Of a stretch of DNA of 64,000 nucleotides, positions 30,131 through 39,193 are shown piece after piece (within the stretch, counting starts at the first letter, position 1; every line of letters begins with the position of its first letter). The notes under the pieces were generated by a model. That model saw only the letters and a program-made list of their open reading frames with translations. It did no database searches and was not told the DNA's origin. A program made the position numbers and the translations under genes. This DNA is from an uncultured Verrucomicrobiae bacterium (GTDB taxonomy: Bacteria > Verrucomicrobiota > Verrucomicrobiia > Limisphaerales > Palsa-1400), in the NCBI GenBank assembly GCA_963764165.1, contig CAVXRD010000004.1, positions 416,001-480,000 on the forward strand, read 5' to 3'.

Positions 30131-30868
30131 TTAAGCCACGCTGTGCGCGGTGGGTTGGTCGCTGGTGAGGTTTTGCGCGCTTTCGGCGTAGGCGTTGATC
30201 TGGCTGGGTTGATTGGTGAAGGCAGCGCCGACGCTCAGGCCAATCATCATTTTTCCGGCGTCGCGATTTTTATAATTGTGTTCGAGGAAAAATTTGGTGG
30301 CCCACTCGATTTGCTTTGCAGTGAAATTATAGCCCAGCTCTTTCAGGCGCTGAGAAGAACGCTCGAAAGGAATCAGCAGTGAAACAGGTTTGAACACCAG
30401 CGCCTCGGTGGTTGCGCGGACATCATCAAGAGTGATTTGATGGGTCTGCTGTAGTCCAGCGCCCACCGCCATAGCGCGTTCGAGTTCTGCGCGGAGCGAG
30501 GCCATGAAGCTTCCGTCTATAAAATGACGGCGTTCCACGATTGCCCAACCCGGCCGGACAGATTCAGCCCAACGATCCACTTCGGATTGACGGTTGACGT
30601 GGCGAGAACGTTGTCTCTCAAACTCGAGTACGTACTCCCGTACGGTATCGCCTCTTTCGCGGGGGCCTGCCGATGCAACAATGCGATCAACGCGGGCCCA
30701 CCAATCGGCGGGGACGAAATGCGGAACCTTCTCCTCCCTGATTACCGCGTCGGGATAGCCGCTGTTCGGCTGGAAATAATCGAAGCCTGGATGATGTATT
30801 CTTTCGAGCCATCTCCAGACGACCGTGTTCGTGTCGTCGAGCAATACCAAGTGTATGCGGTCAATCAT
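30131..30868 (-). CDS. Phage hypothetical protein
   Basis: Likely start MIDRIHL at ATGA overlap with upstream gene. Confidence 0.65.
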   Translation of the reverse strand: MIDRIHLVLLDDTNTVVWRWLERIHHPGFDYFQPNSGYPDAVIREEKVPHFVPADWWARVDRIVASAGPRERGDTVREYVLEFERQRSRHVNRQSEVDRWAESVRPGWAIVERRHFIDGSFMASLRAELERAMAVGAGLQQTHQITLDDVRATTEALVFKPVSLLIPFERSSQRLKELGYNFTAKQIEWATKFFLEHNYKNRDAGKMMIGLSVGAAFTNQPSQINAYAESAQNLTSDQPTAHSVA

Positions 30869-31183
30869 GGCTGGGGAATGCGGCCGCGCTGGCGGATTAG
30901 TTTTTGGACGACGCCGATTTGCCAGCGTTGTTTCGCCGCCAAACTCATCAGGCCGGAGAGCGGGGCGATTTCTAAATTCATATTGACGTCGAAGGCGAGC
31001 ATTTCGCCGCAGTTGCCGCACAGGCTCAAATCCCCAGGGCGCGGCCGCGCGGCCTTTCCGGTGATGGTGCTGGCGCACTCGGGCCGGTAGCCGCACGTCG
31101 GACACGCGGAAGTCGGCAACGGATTTCCGCTGGCGTCTAGCGAAGCGGTTTCCACGGGGGGGGGATTTTCGATTTGGGTTCAT
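30865..31183 (-). CDS. Small Zn-binding phage protein, frameshifted at G9 tract or starting at GTG 31155
   Basis: CPTCG..CGNCG; ATG 31183 is 1 nt out of frame across G9 at 31156-31164. Confidence 0.6.
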
Positions 31184-31506
31184 GCGCGGGCCATATCGTA
31201 ATTCTCAATCGGCTGTCCGGCGGCCTCGTGCTCGAGGCGTCCGACACGGAGGCAAACAGCACGGTAGATATCGAGCAAGCTCAGCATCGAGTGATAATGC
31301 TTCTCGAAAAATTCCTTGCGCAAATGGTGGTAGCCATACATCTCGCCGGTGACCATGCCATCGACGTATTTTTCTCCACCCCACGTCATTGTGCGCAAGG
31401 TGCGGGCGAGCTGGTCGCGCTCGTTGCGCAGGAACATGAGATTATTCCAGAGCGGGCTGGATTTGCATTTTCGCAATTCTGAATCGTCGTAAAGGGAGTG
31501 GCTCAT
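31180..31506 (-). CDS. Phage hypothetical protein
   Basis: ATGA-coupled ORF. Confidence 0.65.
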   Translation of the reverse strand: MSHSLYDDSELRKCKSSPLWNNLMFLRNERDQLARTLRTMTWGGEKYVDGMVTGEMYGYHHLRKEFFEKHYHSMLSLLDIYRAVCLRVGRLEHEAAGQPIENYDMARA

Positions 31507-31823
31507 AGCGGATCGATGCCGACGTCGACGGCGGTGCGGTACCAGGCGTGGAGGCGGGCGGTGTCGCTGATGGTTTGGATATCGAAGCGCAGGAAGTTCA
31601 TTCGTTCAACGTCCTGGTCGGAGTTGGCATCCCATATCGGACAGTCAATCCAGTGTTGAAAATACTGGCGGAGGATTTCCACCTGCAGCGGATTCATCTC
31701 GCCTCGCTCGCTCAAAAAAAGCATGACCGCCATTTGCATTACGCCGCTCTGTTCGTCTCGCCAGTAATAGGGACCCCCATCAGGGCGGTAAACGGGAAAC
31801 ATGGTAACACGGTGAGCGGTCAT
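31503..31823 (-). CDS. Phage hypothetical protein
   Basis: PYYWRDEQSG..GIDPL; ATGA-coupled. Confidence 0.7.
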   Translation of the reverse strand: MTAHRVTMFPVYRPDGGPYYWRDEQSGVMQMAVMLFLSERGEMNPLQVEILRQYFQHWIDCPIWDANSDQDVERMNFLRFDIQTISDTARLHAWYRTAVDVGIDPL

Positions 31824-32023
31824 GCGGGTTTGGCGACGCTGGTGGACGGGACCACCTCAAAGTGGATATCTGGATGTCTGGCTTGCAGGTCCTGAATCAT
31901 TTTGCCGTGTTCGATTCCAAGCCGGTACGATTCTTCAGGAGACAGGCTAAGCTCGGGATGCGGTATCTCCGCGATGGTTTTCCCATCCACGACCTTCATT
32001 TTCCATTTCAGGCGTCTGTCCAT
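31820..32023 (-). CDS. Phage hypothetical protein
   Basis: Coupled small ORF. Confidence 0.6.
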   Translation of the reverse strand: MDRRLKWKMKVVDGKTIAEIPHPELSLSPEESYRLGIEHGKMIQDLQARHPDIHFEVVPSTSVAKPA

Positions 32024-32024
32024 A

Positions 32025-32627
32025 TCACGCGTGGATGCCTTCCTCGGGCGGTTCGCCTTCGGATTGTTGACTGGCGATGTCGGCTGCGTCGCGGCGGATT
32101 TTTAGGTTGACTGCGCAGGAGGCGGCGAAGAAATCGGCGCAGAAGGAATCGACGGCGCAGACATTTGGCTCTCTGGATTTCTCTTGGCAGCGCGCAGCCA
32201 TGGCTTCGATTCGTTCGACGGGGAGGCTGCTCATCGATGCTTCGTTTATTTTGCCGATGGTTGCCAGCAAATCGACGAGGCCTTTCCAGGGCTGCTTTTC
32301 ATCGATCATGATGGCGATGGCGCCAGGCACCCCTTTTTGCGAGGTGGCGCAGCGGCAGGCGATGCCGCGCTGTCCAAGTTCGGCGCAGGCGAGGATCTTG
32401 GTGAGGTTGGCGCAAAATGCGCCGATGGTATTTTCGCAATTTGGATCGAAGGAGGCGGCTTCCGCGCGGGCGCGGACGGATTCGGCTTCTGCGTCGCTCG
32501 CGCCGGCCAGCCGTTTTTCAATCGTATGGCAAATGCTCTTGAGGATTTTTTGCATGGCAACCCACGGTTCGACAGAACTGATGACGATCGCGTGGGCTGG
32601 GGCGGGGTTTTCGGGTTCGGTGTTCAT
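32025..32627 (-). CDS. Phage hypothetical protein
   Basis: 200-aa ORF in the leftward string. Confidence 0.65.
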   Translation of the reverse strand: MNTEPENPAPAHAIVISSVEPWVAMQKILKSICHTIEKRLAGASDAEAESVRARAEAASFDPNCENTIGAFCANLTKILACAELGQRGIACRCATSQKGVPGAIAIMIDEKQPWKGLVDLLATIGKINEASMSSLPVERIEAMAARCQEKSREPNVCAVDSFCADFFAASCAVNLKIRRDAADIASQQSEGEPPEEGIHA

Positions 32628-32643
32628 AGGCCTTTTGAATTTT

Positions 32644-33051
32644 TTAGGATTTAGGGAAACGGCGAAGAAGCGCTTCGATCAGCCTGGTGCTGCTCGGACG
32701 CGCAAGTTTGCGGATGAGAAGGGCGTCGCGGATGGCCGCGACTTCGTCCCGGGTGAAATTGTCAGACCATGCGTGGCATTTGTCGCAGAGGTTTTTTTCG
32801 ACCCAGCAGCATCCGCCGGCGCAGGCGCGTTCGTTGGTGCAGCCGCAGCCGCGGCATTTCCATTTGGAGGTGTCTTCGCCGAAGGGGTTTTCGATGTCGG
32901 CATTTTCGATGGCGACTTGGTTGCGCGCGGCGTTGAATTGGCGGTGCATTTCTTCTCGGCGCGCGGCGGATGTCGCGTCTGCGCGGACGGGTTGCAGGTT
33001 TCGCGTCCTCGGACGCCTCGGCGAGGCGTCCCTACCTTTTAATGTGCTCAT
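32644..33051 (-). CDS. Phage Cys-rich Zn-finger protein
   Basis: CRGCGCTNERACAGGCCWVEKNLCDKC; ATGA overlap with integrase stop. Confidence 0.7.
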   Translation of the reverse strand: MSTLKGRDASPRRPRTRNLQPVRADATSAARREEMHRQFNAARNQVAIENADIENPFGEDTSKWKCRGCGCTNERACAGGCCWVEKNLCDKCHAWSDNFTRDEVAAIRDALLIRKLARPSSTRLIEALLRRFPKS

Positions 33052-34637
33052 GCGATTTTTTGGTTGGGTAACGTTACTATGTTTGACTGCGAGGGGAGAT
33101 TTAGGACGGTCCACGCGGGGTCGCCTGTTGTCGGGATCCAGGTCATTTTGGGGCCGTCGCCTTGGAGCCAGTTGGTGGGGACGGCGCCGTAGGTTGTGCT
33201 GAGGAGCTGGGGCCCGCCGCGGTGGCCGATCATGATGCTGATCTCGACGTCGCTCTTGCCCCAGCTTCGCCAGGCGGTGACGAAGTAGGCGCGGGCGCCG
33301 TGGCTGGTGAGTTTGCGGCCGAGGTGTTTGCGGCTTGCATGGAGGTTTTTGCCTAGCGTGGCTTTGTTGGCGGGGCTTTTGCCGCTGGTGTTGTAGCCGG
33401 GGAAATACCAGGGGGACTCGGGCCATGCGATTTTGCGCCATTGAAAGAGGGCGTCGAGGAGCTGGCGGAGTTCGGGGGTGATGGCGATGTAGGGGTTGAC
33501 GCCGCCTTTGCAGCGGGACATTTCGATTTGCTTCCAGGCGCCGGTTTGCTTGTCGACGATGATATGCCCGGGCTGGCCGGGGGCGGCGTCGGCGCGGAGG
33601 CGGAGTGCTTCCTGGGTGCGGACTCCGGTGAAGGCTTCAAATAGATATTGCCACCCGCAGACGACGGTGCGGATGTCGCTGGTGAAGAGGCGGCGGGCGA
33701 TTGCGTGGAGCTCTTCGGCGTCGCGGGGCATGAATTCGCGGCAGTGTTTGACGTCGCGGGAGTTGACGTATTTGACGCGCTGGCCGTAGACGGGGTTGTA
33801 TTTGGCGAGGCCGCAGCGGACGGCCCAGGTGAAGGCGTTGGAGAGGGCGCCCAACTCGGAATCTATGGTGGTGTGGCCGGGGCCGCGGATGATTTTGGAG
33901 GCGCGGATCTGCTTCAGGCGGTGGTCGCAGTAGCTGTCCATGGTCTGGAGGTTGACGTTCTCGATGGGCATGTTGTCCCAGTAGCCGAGGAGCATTTCGC
34001 AGGCGCGTTTTTGGGCTTTGCGGGCTTGGATGGGGCGCTGGGCGCGGCGGCGGTCGGGGCAGTTGTCGGCAATGTAGCGGCGAATGATGTCGCCGGTTGT
34101 GGTCAATACTTTTTTGGCGTAGGGATCGGGGGCGGCGCCGACTTTGGATTTGGCGTGGTTGAGCTGGTTTTGGGCGAGGGTTTGCCGGGCGGTTTTTTCG
34201 TGATTTGTCTCAAGGCTGCGGAAGGTGGGTTTTCCGTTGATGCGGGGGCGCTCGTAATACATGCCGGTTTTTACGTAGCGGTAGAGGCCGCCGCCGCAGC
34301 TTTCCCATGTTTTTAGTTTTAGCTCGGGCTGGGCGGTGTCGGCGGCGGGTTGAACACGCTTTTTTTTGTCTCCAAGGTTTCTAAGAGCGAGGAGTGCAGC
34401 ATTTTCACTTCGTATTTCGCCAACTTGGCTTGGCAAAGAAATTCTTCCGCTTCCGCCCTGAACTTGACGCACTTCTTCCGCTCGATCCGGACGGCCACAT
34501 ATATCAGGAGTTGCTCGGCCAGGCAGATCGCCCAAATCAGCCGCATTAAGGTGTCGTATTTCATTTGTGGGATGGGGACAAAGCCGGGACGGCTCTGCCA
34601 CTCTTTCATTGTCAATTATACATTTGTCGGGATGCAT
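33048..34637 (-). CDS. Tyrosine recombinase/integrase (start uncertain)
   Basis: TGVR..E, K, HGAR, GH, TTY catalytic set; N-terminal LYRY..GMYY.R..INGK..RSL.T arm-type segment. Confidence 0.88.
   Translation of the reverse strand: MHPDKCIIDNERVAEPSRLCPHPTNEIRHLNAADLGDLPGRATPDICGRPDRAEEVRQVQGGSGRISLPSQVGEIRSENAALLALRNLGDKKKRVQPAADTAQPELKLKTWESCGGGLYRYVKTGMYYERPRINGKPTFRSLETNHEKTARQTLAQNQLNHAKSKVGAAPDPYAKKVLTTTGDIIRRYIADNCPDRRRAQRPIQARKAQKRACEMLLGYWDNMPIENVNLQTMDSYCDHRLKQIRASKIIRGPGHTTIDSELGALSNAFTWAVRCGLAKYNPVYGQRVKYVNSRDVKHCREFMPRDAEELHAIARRLFTSDIRTVVCGWQYLFEAFTGVRTQEALRLRADAAPGQPGHIIVDKQTGAWKQIEMSRCKGGVNPYIAITPELRQLLDALFQWRKIAWPESPWYFPGYNTSGKSPANKATLGKNLHASRKHLGRKLTSHGARAYFVTAWRSWGKSDVEISIMIGHRGGPQLLSTTYGAVPTNWLQGDGPKMTWIPTTGDPAWTVLNLPSQSNIVTLPNQKIA
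34319..34615 (-). CDS. Small protein with hydrophobic helix overlapping integrase 5' region
   Basis: LMRLIWAICLAEQLLIYVAV followed by amphipathic helix; ends just after A8 tract. Confidence 0.45.
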   Translation of the reverse strand: MTMKEWQSRPGFVPIPQMKYDTLMRLIWAICLAEQLLIYVAVRIERKKCVKFRAEAEEFLCQAKLAKYEVKMLHSSLLETLETKKSVFNPPPTPPSPS

Positions 34638-34669
34638 ATTTTGTTTTGGGTTGAGGGTTAATCTGGAAA

Positions 34670-35026
34670 TCAGGAACGGGGGCCGATTCTTGAAATTATC
34701 AGCTCGCCATGCTCTTGGACGGCATCAACGAGGTTGTCGGTTCGGACGTGGATCGACGGATTGGCGCCGAGCAATTCAGCGGCGCGAAATACTGCGATCA
34801 GCGAATTAACCCACGTCGGCAAATCCGTGTGCGGCTTTCCATCCGGCCAAACAAGGTCTTTGATGCGGTTGCCGCCTTCTGCGGCGTTGGCGGATTGTGT
34901 CGGGCTCTTGCCCCAAGTTAAAACGTGCGAGGTGGATCCGTCCGAACAGACGATGATGATTTCGCTCTGAAAGTGTTCCTCGGCCCATTTCTTGGCGTCT
35001 TCCCAGGGGATTTGTTTTTCGCTCAT
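34670..35026 (-). CDS. Phage hypothetical protein
   Basis: 118-aa ORF, HVLTWGKS..QSANAA.GGN. Confidence 0.7.
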   Translation of the reverse strand: MSEKQIPWEDAKKWAEEHFQSEIIIVCSDGSTSHVLTWGKSPTQSANAAEGGNRIKDLVWPDGKPHTDLPTWVNSLIAVFRAAELLGANPSIHVRTDNLVDAVQEHGELIISRIGPRS

Positions 35027-35199
35027 AAAGGGAAAGTTTTAATCAGGAACGTCCGAACTCAGGAACGGAGGCTGCAATTCTTGCGAGGGCCATCCAGGGG
35101 GCGACGTCTTTGCCGCGGAGGCTGTCAAAGGGTTCCCAGGGCTCCCACGGATGGCGCATGACGTGGCGGGCGTGCAAATCGCGGGCCTGCGCATACATT

Positions 35200-35287
35200 G
35201 CTTTGCGGCTTGGCGTCTTTGCGCCGTTGCGTTGAAGTCCGGACAGGGAACTTAACGCAAAGGCGCAGAGGCGCAGGGACGCAAAGA
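35200..35287. repeat. Periodic inverted repeat (cttTGCG / CGCAaag type), REP-like
   Basis: ctttgcggcttggcgtctttgcgccgttgcgtt ... aacgcaaaggcgcagaggcgcagggacgcaaag. Confidence 0.65.
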
Positions 35288-35360
35288 AGCGGCGAAACCC
35301 AAGAGTTACTTTTTCAATATTGTAGGATTTTTTGGCCATTGTCGGTAAAATTTTTTGTGG

Positions 35361-35681
35361 TTAGAACCAGTGATTGCACCTCGCGCAGTGGAACTTGGAT
35401 GACTTCATGCAGGAGCCGGCAAAGATCAGGATCAGGCCGGTGAAGAAAACGGGTATCAGGCAGATGCCGACAATCAGCAGCGCTTTGGCGGTGCCGGTCA
35501 TTTTATCCGACGGCAGAGAAGTGACGGCGGTGTGGCAACGGGGGCATTGAACGGCGCGGAACGATTGGCCATCGGCGGAAAGGGTGGATCTGCAAACAGG
35601 GCAGGAGCAAAGGCCGTGATACGCCGGGTCGGGCGCCAGCTCGTTGGCGCAGACGGGGCATGTGGTGGCGATGGCTTGCAT
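35361..35681 (-). CDS. LITAF-like Zn-ribbon membrane protein
   Basis: CPVC, CPVC, then CPRC-hydrophobic stretch-HCARC. Confidence 0.65.
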   Translation of the reverse strand: MQAIATTCPVCANELAPDPAYHGLCSCPVCRSTLSADGQSFRAVQCPRCHTAVTSLPSDKMTGTAKALLIVGICLIPVFFTGLILIFAGSCMKSSKFHCARCNHWF

Positions 35682-35685
35682 GCTT

Positions 35686-36099
35686 TTAACACATCCCGGC
35701 CAGGTCGATGATGACGAGGCGCAAGGACTCATTCTCATGGGCGGAGGCGCGGATGGTTTCGACGGCTTTTTCAAACGCGCTGTCCATCTTGTTGGCTACG
35801 TAGGGCGGTGATTTTTCCTCGATGATGATGCCGCCGTGGCGCGGGCCGATCTCGACGAGCTCGCGGCCCTGGGCGGGGAATTCATCTTCGAGATGGGCGA
35901 CGGTCAAATCGTATATGTGCTCGGGTTTATCGAAGGCCTTGATGATGGATTCGACTTGAGGGCGGGACGGGCTTTCGACGCGGCCCAGGGTGATTTGGTT
36001 GAGGGTGGGGCGCGAAATGCCGGTGCGCTCGGCGAGATGGCGGAAGTTCATGCCGACTTCCTCCATGACTGTTTTTAATTTGTTGCCAAAGTAGCCCAT
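35686..36099 (-). CDS. XRE-family HTH repressor (CI-like, no peptidase domain)
   Basis: FGNKLK..MNFRHLAERTGISRPTLNQITLG..P. Confidence 0.82.
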   Translation of the reverse strand: MGYFGNKLKTVMEEVGMNFRHLAERTGISRPTLNQITLGRVESPSRPQVESIIKAFDKPEHIYDLTVAHLEDEFPAQGRELVEIGPRHGGIIIEEKSPPYVANKMDSAFEKAVETIRASAHENESLRLVIIDLAGMC

Positions 36100-36232
36100 C
36101 GCTGGAAATGTTTTTAACCGCACTCCGTTTTGAAGGCAAGAACTATTTGTTAGATTTTATAGACAAAAGAAAATTGCGATTGTGAATAACTTTTTCTTGC
36201 CTTTGTCTGCGTTTTGCATCAAGATGCAAATT
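36100..36232. promoter_or_regulatory. Divergent lysis/lysogeny promoter-operator region
   Basis: AT-rich; inverted AAGGCAAGAA/TTCTTGCCTT gives a TTGCCT -35 on each strand; palindrome TTTGCATC-AA-GATGCAAA 36213-36230. Confidence 0.6.
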
Positions 36233-36430
36233 ATGGATAGTGAATTGAATCCGAAATTGAGAGTGACGAGAATGCTGTTGAACGCGGCCAAATCGATTCG
36301 GCGCGGGAAACAGTTTGCGCTTATCCCGGCGGCGCTGGAGCTGGAAAAGGAGTTTGAGGCGCGCGTCGCTGAACTGGAAGACGAGGGCGGCAAGCCCCGG
36401 CGCGGCAAGAGAGAGCCGATCGCGGCGTAG
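36233..36430 (+). CDS. Small protein in Cro position
   Basis: First rightward ORF divergent from repressor; no clear HTH. Confidence 0.55.
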   Translation: MDSELNPKLRVTRMLLNAAKSIRRGKQFALIPAALELEKEFEARVAELEDEGGKPRRGKREPIAA

Positions 36431-36480
36431 ATTCACCATTCGAAATTCACCCATCACCATTTAACTCCCCCCGCCCCTCC

Positions 36481-36783
36481 ATGAATGCAAACCCGACAAA
36501 AGAATGCCCCGCCAACGGGATAGAAATTTTTGACCGTCCTGCGGACACCAAGCCTAACGAGGCGTTTGGTTCGATGTGCATCTTTGACCGCACGGCGGTC
36601 AATGTCGCGCGGGTGCGCGTGTCTGAGCAGGCGGATCGGAGTTTTGTGGTTTACAAGACTGCCGGGAATCGGACTTCGCGGGTGCCATACCAGCGCCGAG
36701 CGGCGGCGATTGAGTACGCCAAGAAGTGGATCGAGGAGCGCATTGCGCTGGCGATGGCTGAGAGGGAGGAGGTGGCGGCGTGA
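36481..36783 (+). CDS. Phage hypothetical protein
   Basis: Ends EEVAA with GTGA coupling. Confidence 0.7.
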   Translation: MNANPTKECPANGIEIFDRPADTKPNEAFGSMCIFDRTAVNVARVRVSEQADRSFVVYKTAGNRTSRVPYQRRAAAIEYAKKWIEERIALAMAEREEVAA

Positions 36784-37193
36784 GTTCTCAACAGAAGGAC
36801 GCGAAGGTTGCGGCCGGGACGGTTGAAATTCTCATTGAAAATCGCGGGCGCCGGTTTCTCTTCCAATGCAAACAGTTGGTTGAGGGGTTTGCGGTGGATC
36901 CTGTTTTGCCGCGTGAATTTGACTGCACTCCGAACGATGGCCGCACTGATCGGGATTTGGCGTGGTGGGATGTTCCTTTTATTCGGACGACGGAGCGATT
37001 TGGCGCGAACCTGCAATACGGCAGGGATGGCTTTGAGGTGCGCTGCCTGGACGGCGGCGCTTGGGATCGCTCCACTTACTTGGGCTGGGCGGATTCCGTC
37101 GAGAGGGCTGTTGAGATCGCGAAGGCTGGATCGGTTTGGAAAAGAGGCGTGCCGGCTGTTTATCCGGTGGTGGGGACGGGGGTGGCGGCGTGA
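36780..37193 (+). CDS. Phage hypothetical protein
   Basis: VRCLDGGAWDRST motif; coupled both sides. Confidence 0.7.
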   Translation: MSSQQKDAKVAAGTVEILIENRGRRFLFQCKQLVEGFAVDPVLPREFDCTPNDGRTDRDLAWWDVPFIRTTERFGANLQYGRDGFEVRCLDGGAWDRSTYLGWADSVERAVEIAKAGSVWKRGVPAVYPVVGTGVAA

Positions 37194-37444
37194 GCGCGGG
37201 CACAGCAAAGACGGATCGCGACGAGGACGAGGATTTGATCCAGCAATGCATCGAGGCCATCCGCAGCGAACAGACTGCGAGTGTTTCTTTCCTGCAGCGA
37301 CGGATGCGAATGGGCTACACGCGAGCCGCCCGCATCATGGATGAATTGGAATTCCGCGGGATCGTGGGACCGCTGCGCAAAAACTCAAATCTGCGGGATA
37401 TCACGCGGCATAAGCCCCAGACTTCAAAGCCCGTCAGACGATGA
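37190..37444 (+). CDS. Stand-alone FtsK gamma (winged-helix) domain protein
   Basis: DEDLIQQCIEAIRSEQTASVSFLQRRMRMGYTRAARIMDELEFRGIVGP. Confidence 0.88.
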   Translation: MSAGTAKTDRDEDEDLIQQCIEAIRSEQTASVSFLQRRMRMGYTRAARIMDELEFRGIVGPLRKNSNLRDITRHKPQTSKPVRR

Positions 37445-37659
37445 ACGTTGCGCTTCTATTTCAAGATCGCAGCCGGGCAGCATCGCTGTCGTGCCCGCAA
37501 TGCGGCGCTGCCATCTATGCGCCGGATCGCGTCACGCTGCATGACAAATTGATTCTGCATTTGGATCTCTGCCCGAGGTCCATCATAGATGCCAAGGCGC
37601 GGGCGGAGGTGGCTCCCCTGCCCGCGCCTTGCGCTATTTCGGGGGAGGTTGCCACATGA
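37441..37659 (+). CDS. Small Zn-binding phage protein
   Basis: CPQC..H...C; ATGA coupling. Confidence 0.6.
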   Translation: MNVALLFQDRSRAASLSCPQCGAAIYAPDRVTLHDKLILHLDLCPRSIIDAKARAEVAPLPAPCAISGEVAT

Positions 37660-37898
37660 TGGGGCCCGGGAAATACGATTCGGTGGCGAGCGCAGCGCGC
37701 CATATTTGCGTAGCTGAGGGCGTGGTGCTGATTGTCTTCAACGGACTCGCAGGTTCTGGCTTCCAATGCCAGCTTCCACCCAAGCTCGCCGAGGAAATGC
37801 CGAAAATTCTGCGCGAAGTGGCGGAGCAGATTGAGCGTGATTTGCAGCGCGAGGCGGCGATGAACGTAACTGCGCCTCCGCCTGGTGTGACTATTTGA
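37656..37898 (+). CDS. Phage hypothetical protein
   Basis: GPGKYD..GVVLIV.NG..GSGF. Confidence 0.7.
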   Translation: MMGPGKYDSVASAARHICVAEGVVLIVFNGLAGSGFQCQLPPKLAEEMPKILREVAEQIERDLQREAAMNVTAPPPGVTI

Positions 37899-37902
37899 TA
37901 AT

Positions 37903-38400
37903 ATGAAAATCGTTTCTCCATCGCGAATTTCCACGGCTGAACCGGACAGGCTGAAGCCTGCACAACTTGCGCCCGAGGCAAAATTGTCGATCGGGCGGTG
38001 CAAGTATTGCGGGGAGGCGTTTTCGGCGTCGAGCAGGGCGAAACTGGGGGCGGCGATTTCGCTGCATTTGCCGGTGTGCCCGAAGATTGAGCCGATCTTG
38101 CCGCCCGGGTTCATCACGCTGGAGGTGGCGGCGGTGCGGCTGGGGCTTTCGACGGCGACGGTTCGCAGGCGGGCCATCGCGTGGCAGGAGCATTCGGTCT
38201 TCATGTATATCCGAACGAAGATTAATAATTTTGGCCGGGTGTTTTACTGCGAGTCTGATTGCATGGCGTTGTACACGCCGGAGTCCCCGGGAGAGGAAGC
38301 GAACAAGCCGAAGCGCCGGGGCCGCAAACGTGTCTTGTTTACACATTCTCCGCGCGGGCGCGGCGACGCGACTGGCCAGCGGCAATTATCTATCGGGTGA
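37903..38400 (+). CDS. Zn-finger + HTH DNA-binding protein
   Basis: CKYC..H..C then ITLEVAAVRLGLSTATVRR. Confidence 0.65.
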   Translation: MKIVSPSRISTAEPDRLKPAQLAPEAKLSIGRCKYCGEAFSASSRAKLGAAISLHLPVCPKIEPILPPGFITLEVAAVRLGLSTATVRRRAIAWQEHSVFMYIRTKINNFGRVFYCESDCMALYTPESPGEEANKPKRRGRKRVLFTHSPRGRGDATGQRQLSIG

Positions 38401-38401
38401 T

Positions 38402-39127
38402 ATGGCGCTCGATGAAATATCGCACGCTACCGGACGCCTCGGCGAGGCGTCCCTACCTAATTTGGCGGTGCAAACTCGTCTGTCGGGCGAGGCTCATAAA
38501 CCGTCTGAGGCGCGCGTCCTGGGGGGCGCGCGTCTCACTAACTTAAAATCTCCCGCGCTATCGAAGCGCGGGCGGCGAGGCCGCCCCGATCGGACGATGC
38601 CTTCGGGCCGTCCCGAACGGGCGATGCCGGCCGGGCGCAGTGTGGTTGTCACTGCGCCCGGTGTTTCTTTGTCGGTCGATATTTCTCCCGGGAACAGCAG
38701 CCCGGGGGAGAAACGGTGTTGCCATAGAGCATCGTCAAAGAGTGCGGTTGAATCACAGGCCGCAACGCCCGCGCGCCGAATGGAAGCGGCGCGCGGGAAG
38801 CGGTCGGCCCGCACCATTGTGCCGGCGATTCCGGAACAAGCTATTGTTGACGCTATTTTGAAGATGGCTGGCGCGGAGTTAATTTTCGCGCCGCGTTTCA
38901 TTGCGTCCACCTTCGGCCTGCCGGTTGACCAGGTGCGCGTGCATTGCCAACTGCTGGCCCAGGTGGGAAAGCTGGGGCCGACGCCGCGACATGGTGAAAC
39001 GTGGTACCGCAAACCGGTTTTGCGGCAGGCTGAATTGGCGTTGCCGAAGTTGAATTTAATGCAGGCTGCCGGGGGTGACGCTCCGGTTTCGCGGGCTGCG
39101 GTTCGCGATTTCCCGCAAGGGACGTAA
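38402..39127 (+). CDS. Phage hypothetical protein with C-terminal wHTH-like segment
   Basis: IVDAIL..PRFIASTFGLPVDQVRVHCQLLAQVGKL; N-terminal part low complexity. Confidence 0.5.
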   Translation: MALDEISHATGRLGEASLPNLAVQTRLSGEAHKPSEARVLGGARLTNLKSPALSKRGRRGRPDRTMPSGRPERAMPAGRSVVVTAPGVSLSVDISPGNSSPGEKRCCHRASSKSAVESQAATPARRMEAARGKRSARTIVPAIPEQAIVDAILKMAGAELIFAPRFIASTFGLPVDQVRVHCQLLAQVGKLGPTPRHGETWYRKPVLRQAELALPKLNLMQAAGGDAPVSRAAVRDFPQGT

Positions 39128-39193
39128 GTGGATGTCAATGGTTCACACTCCTTAAAAATCTCATCCTGCGCCAATTTGGAAACTCAAAATTAC

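Noticed and set aside
35043..35339. 98-aa ORF as a confident gene
   Set aside because: First half is translation of the periodic repeat; only the distal part might be coding
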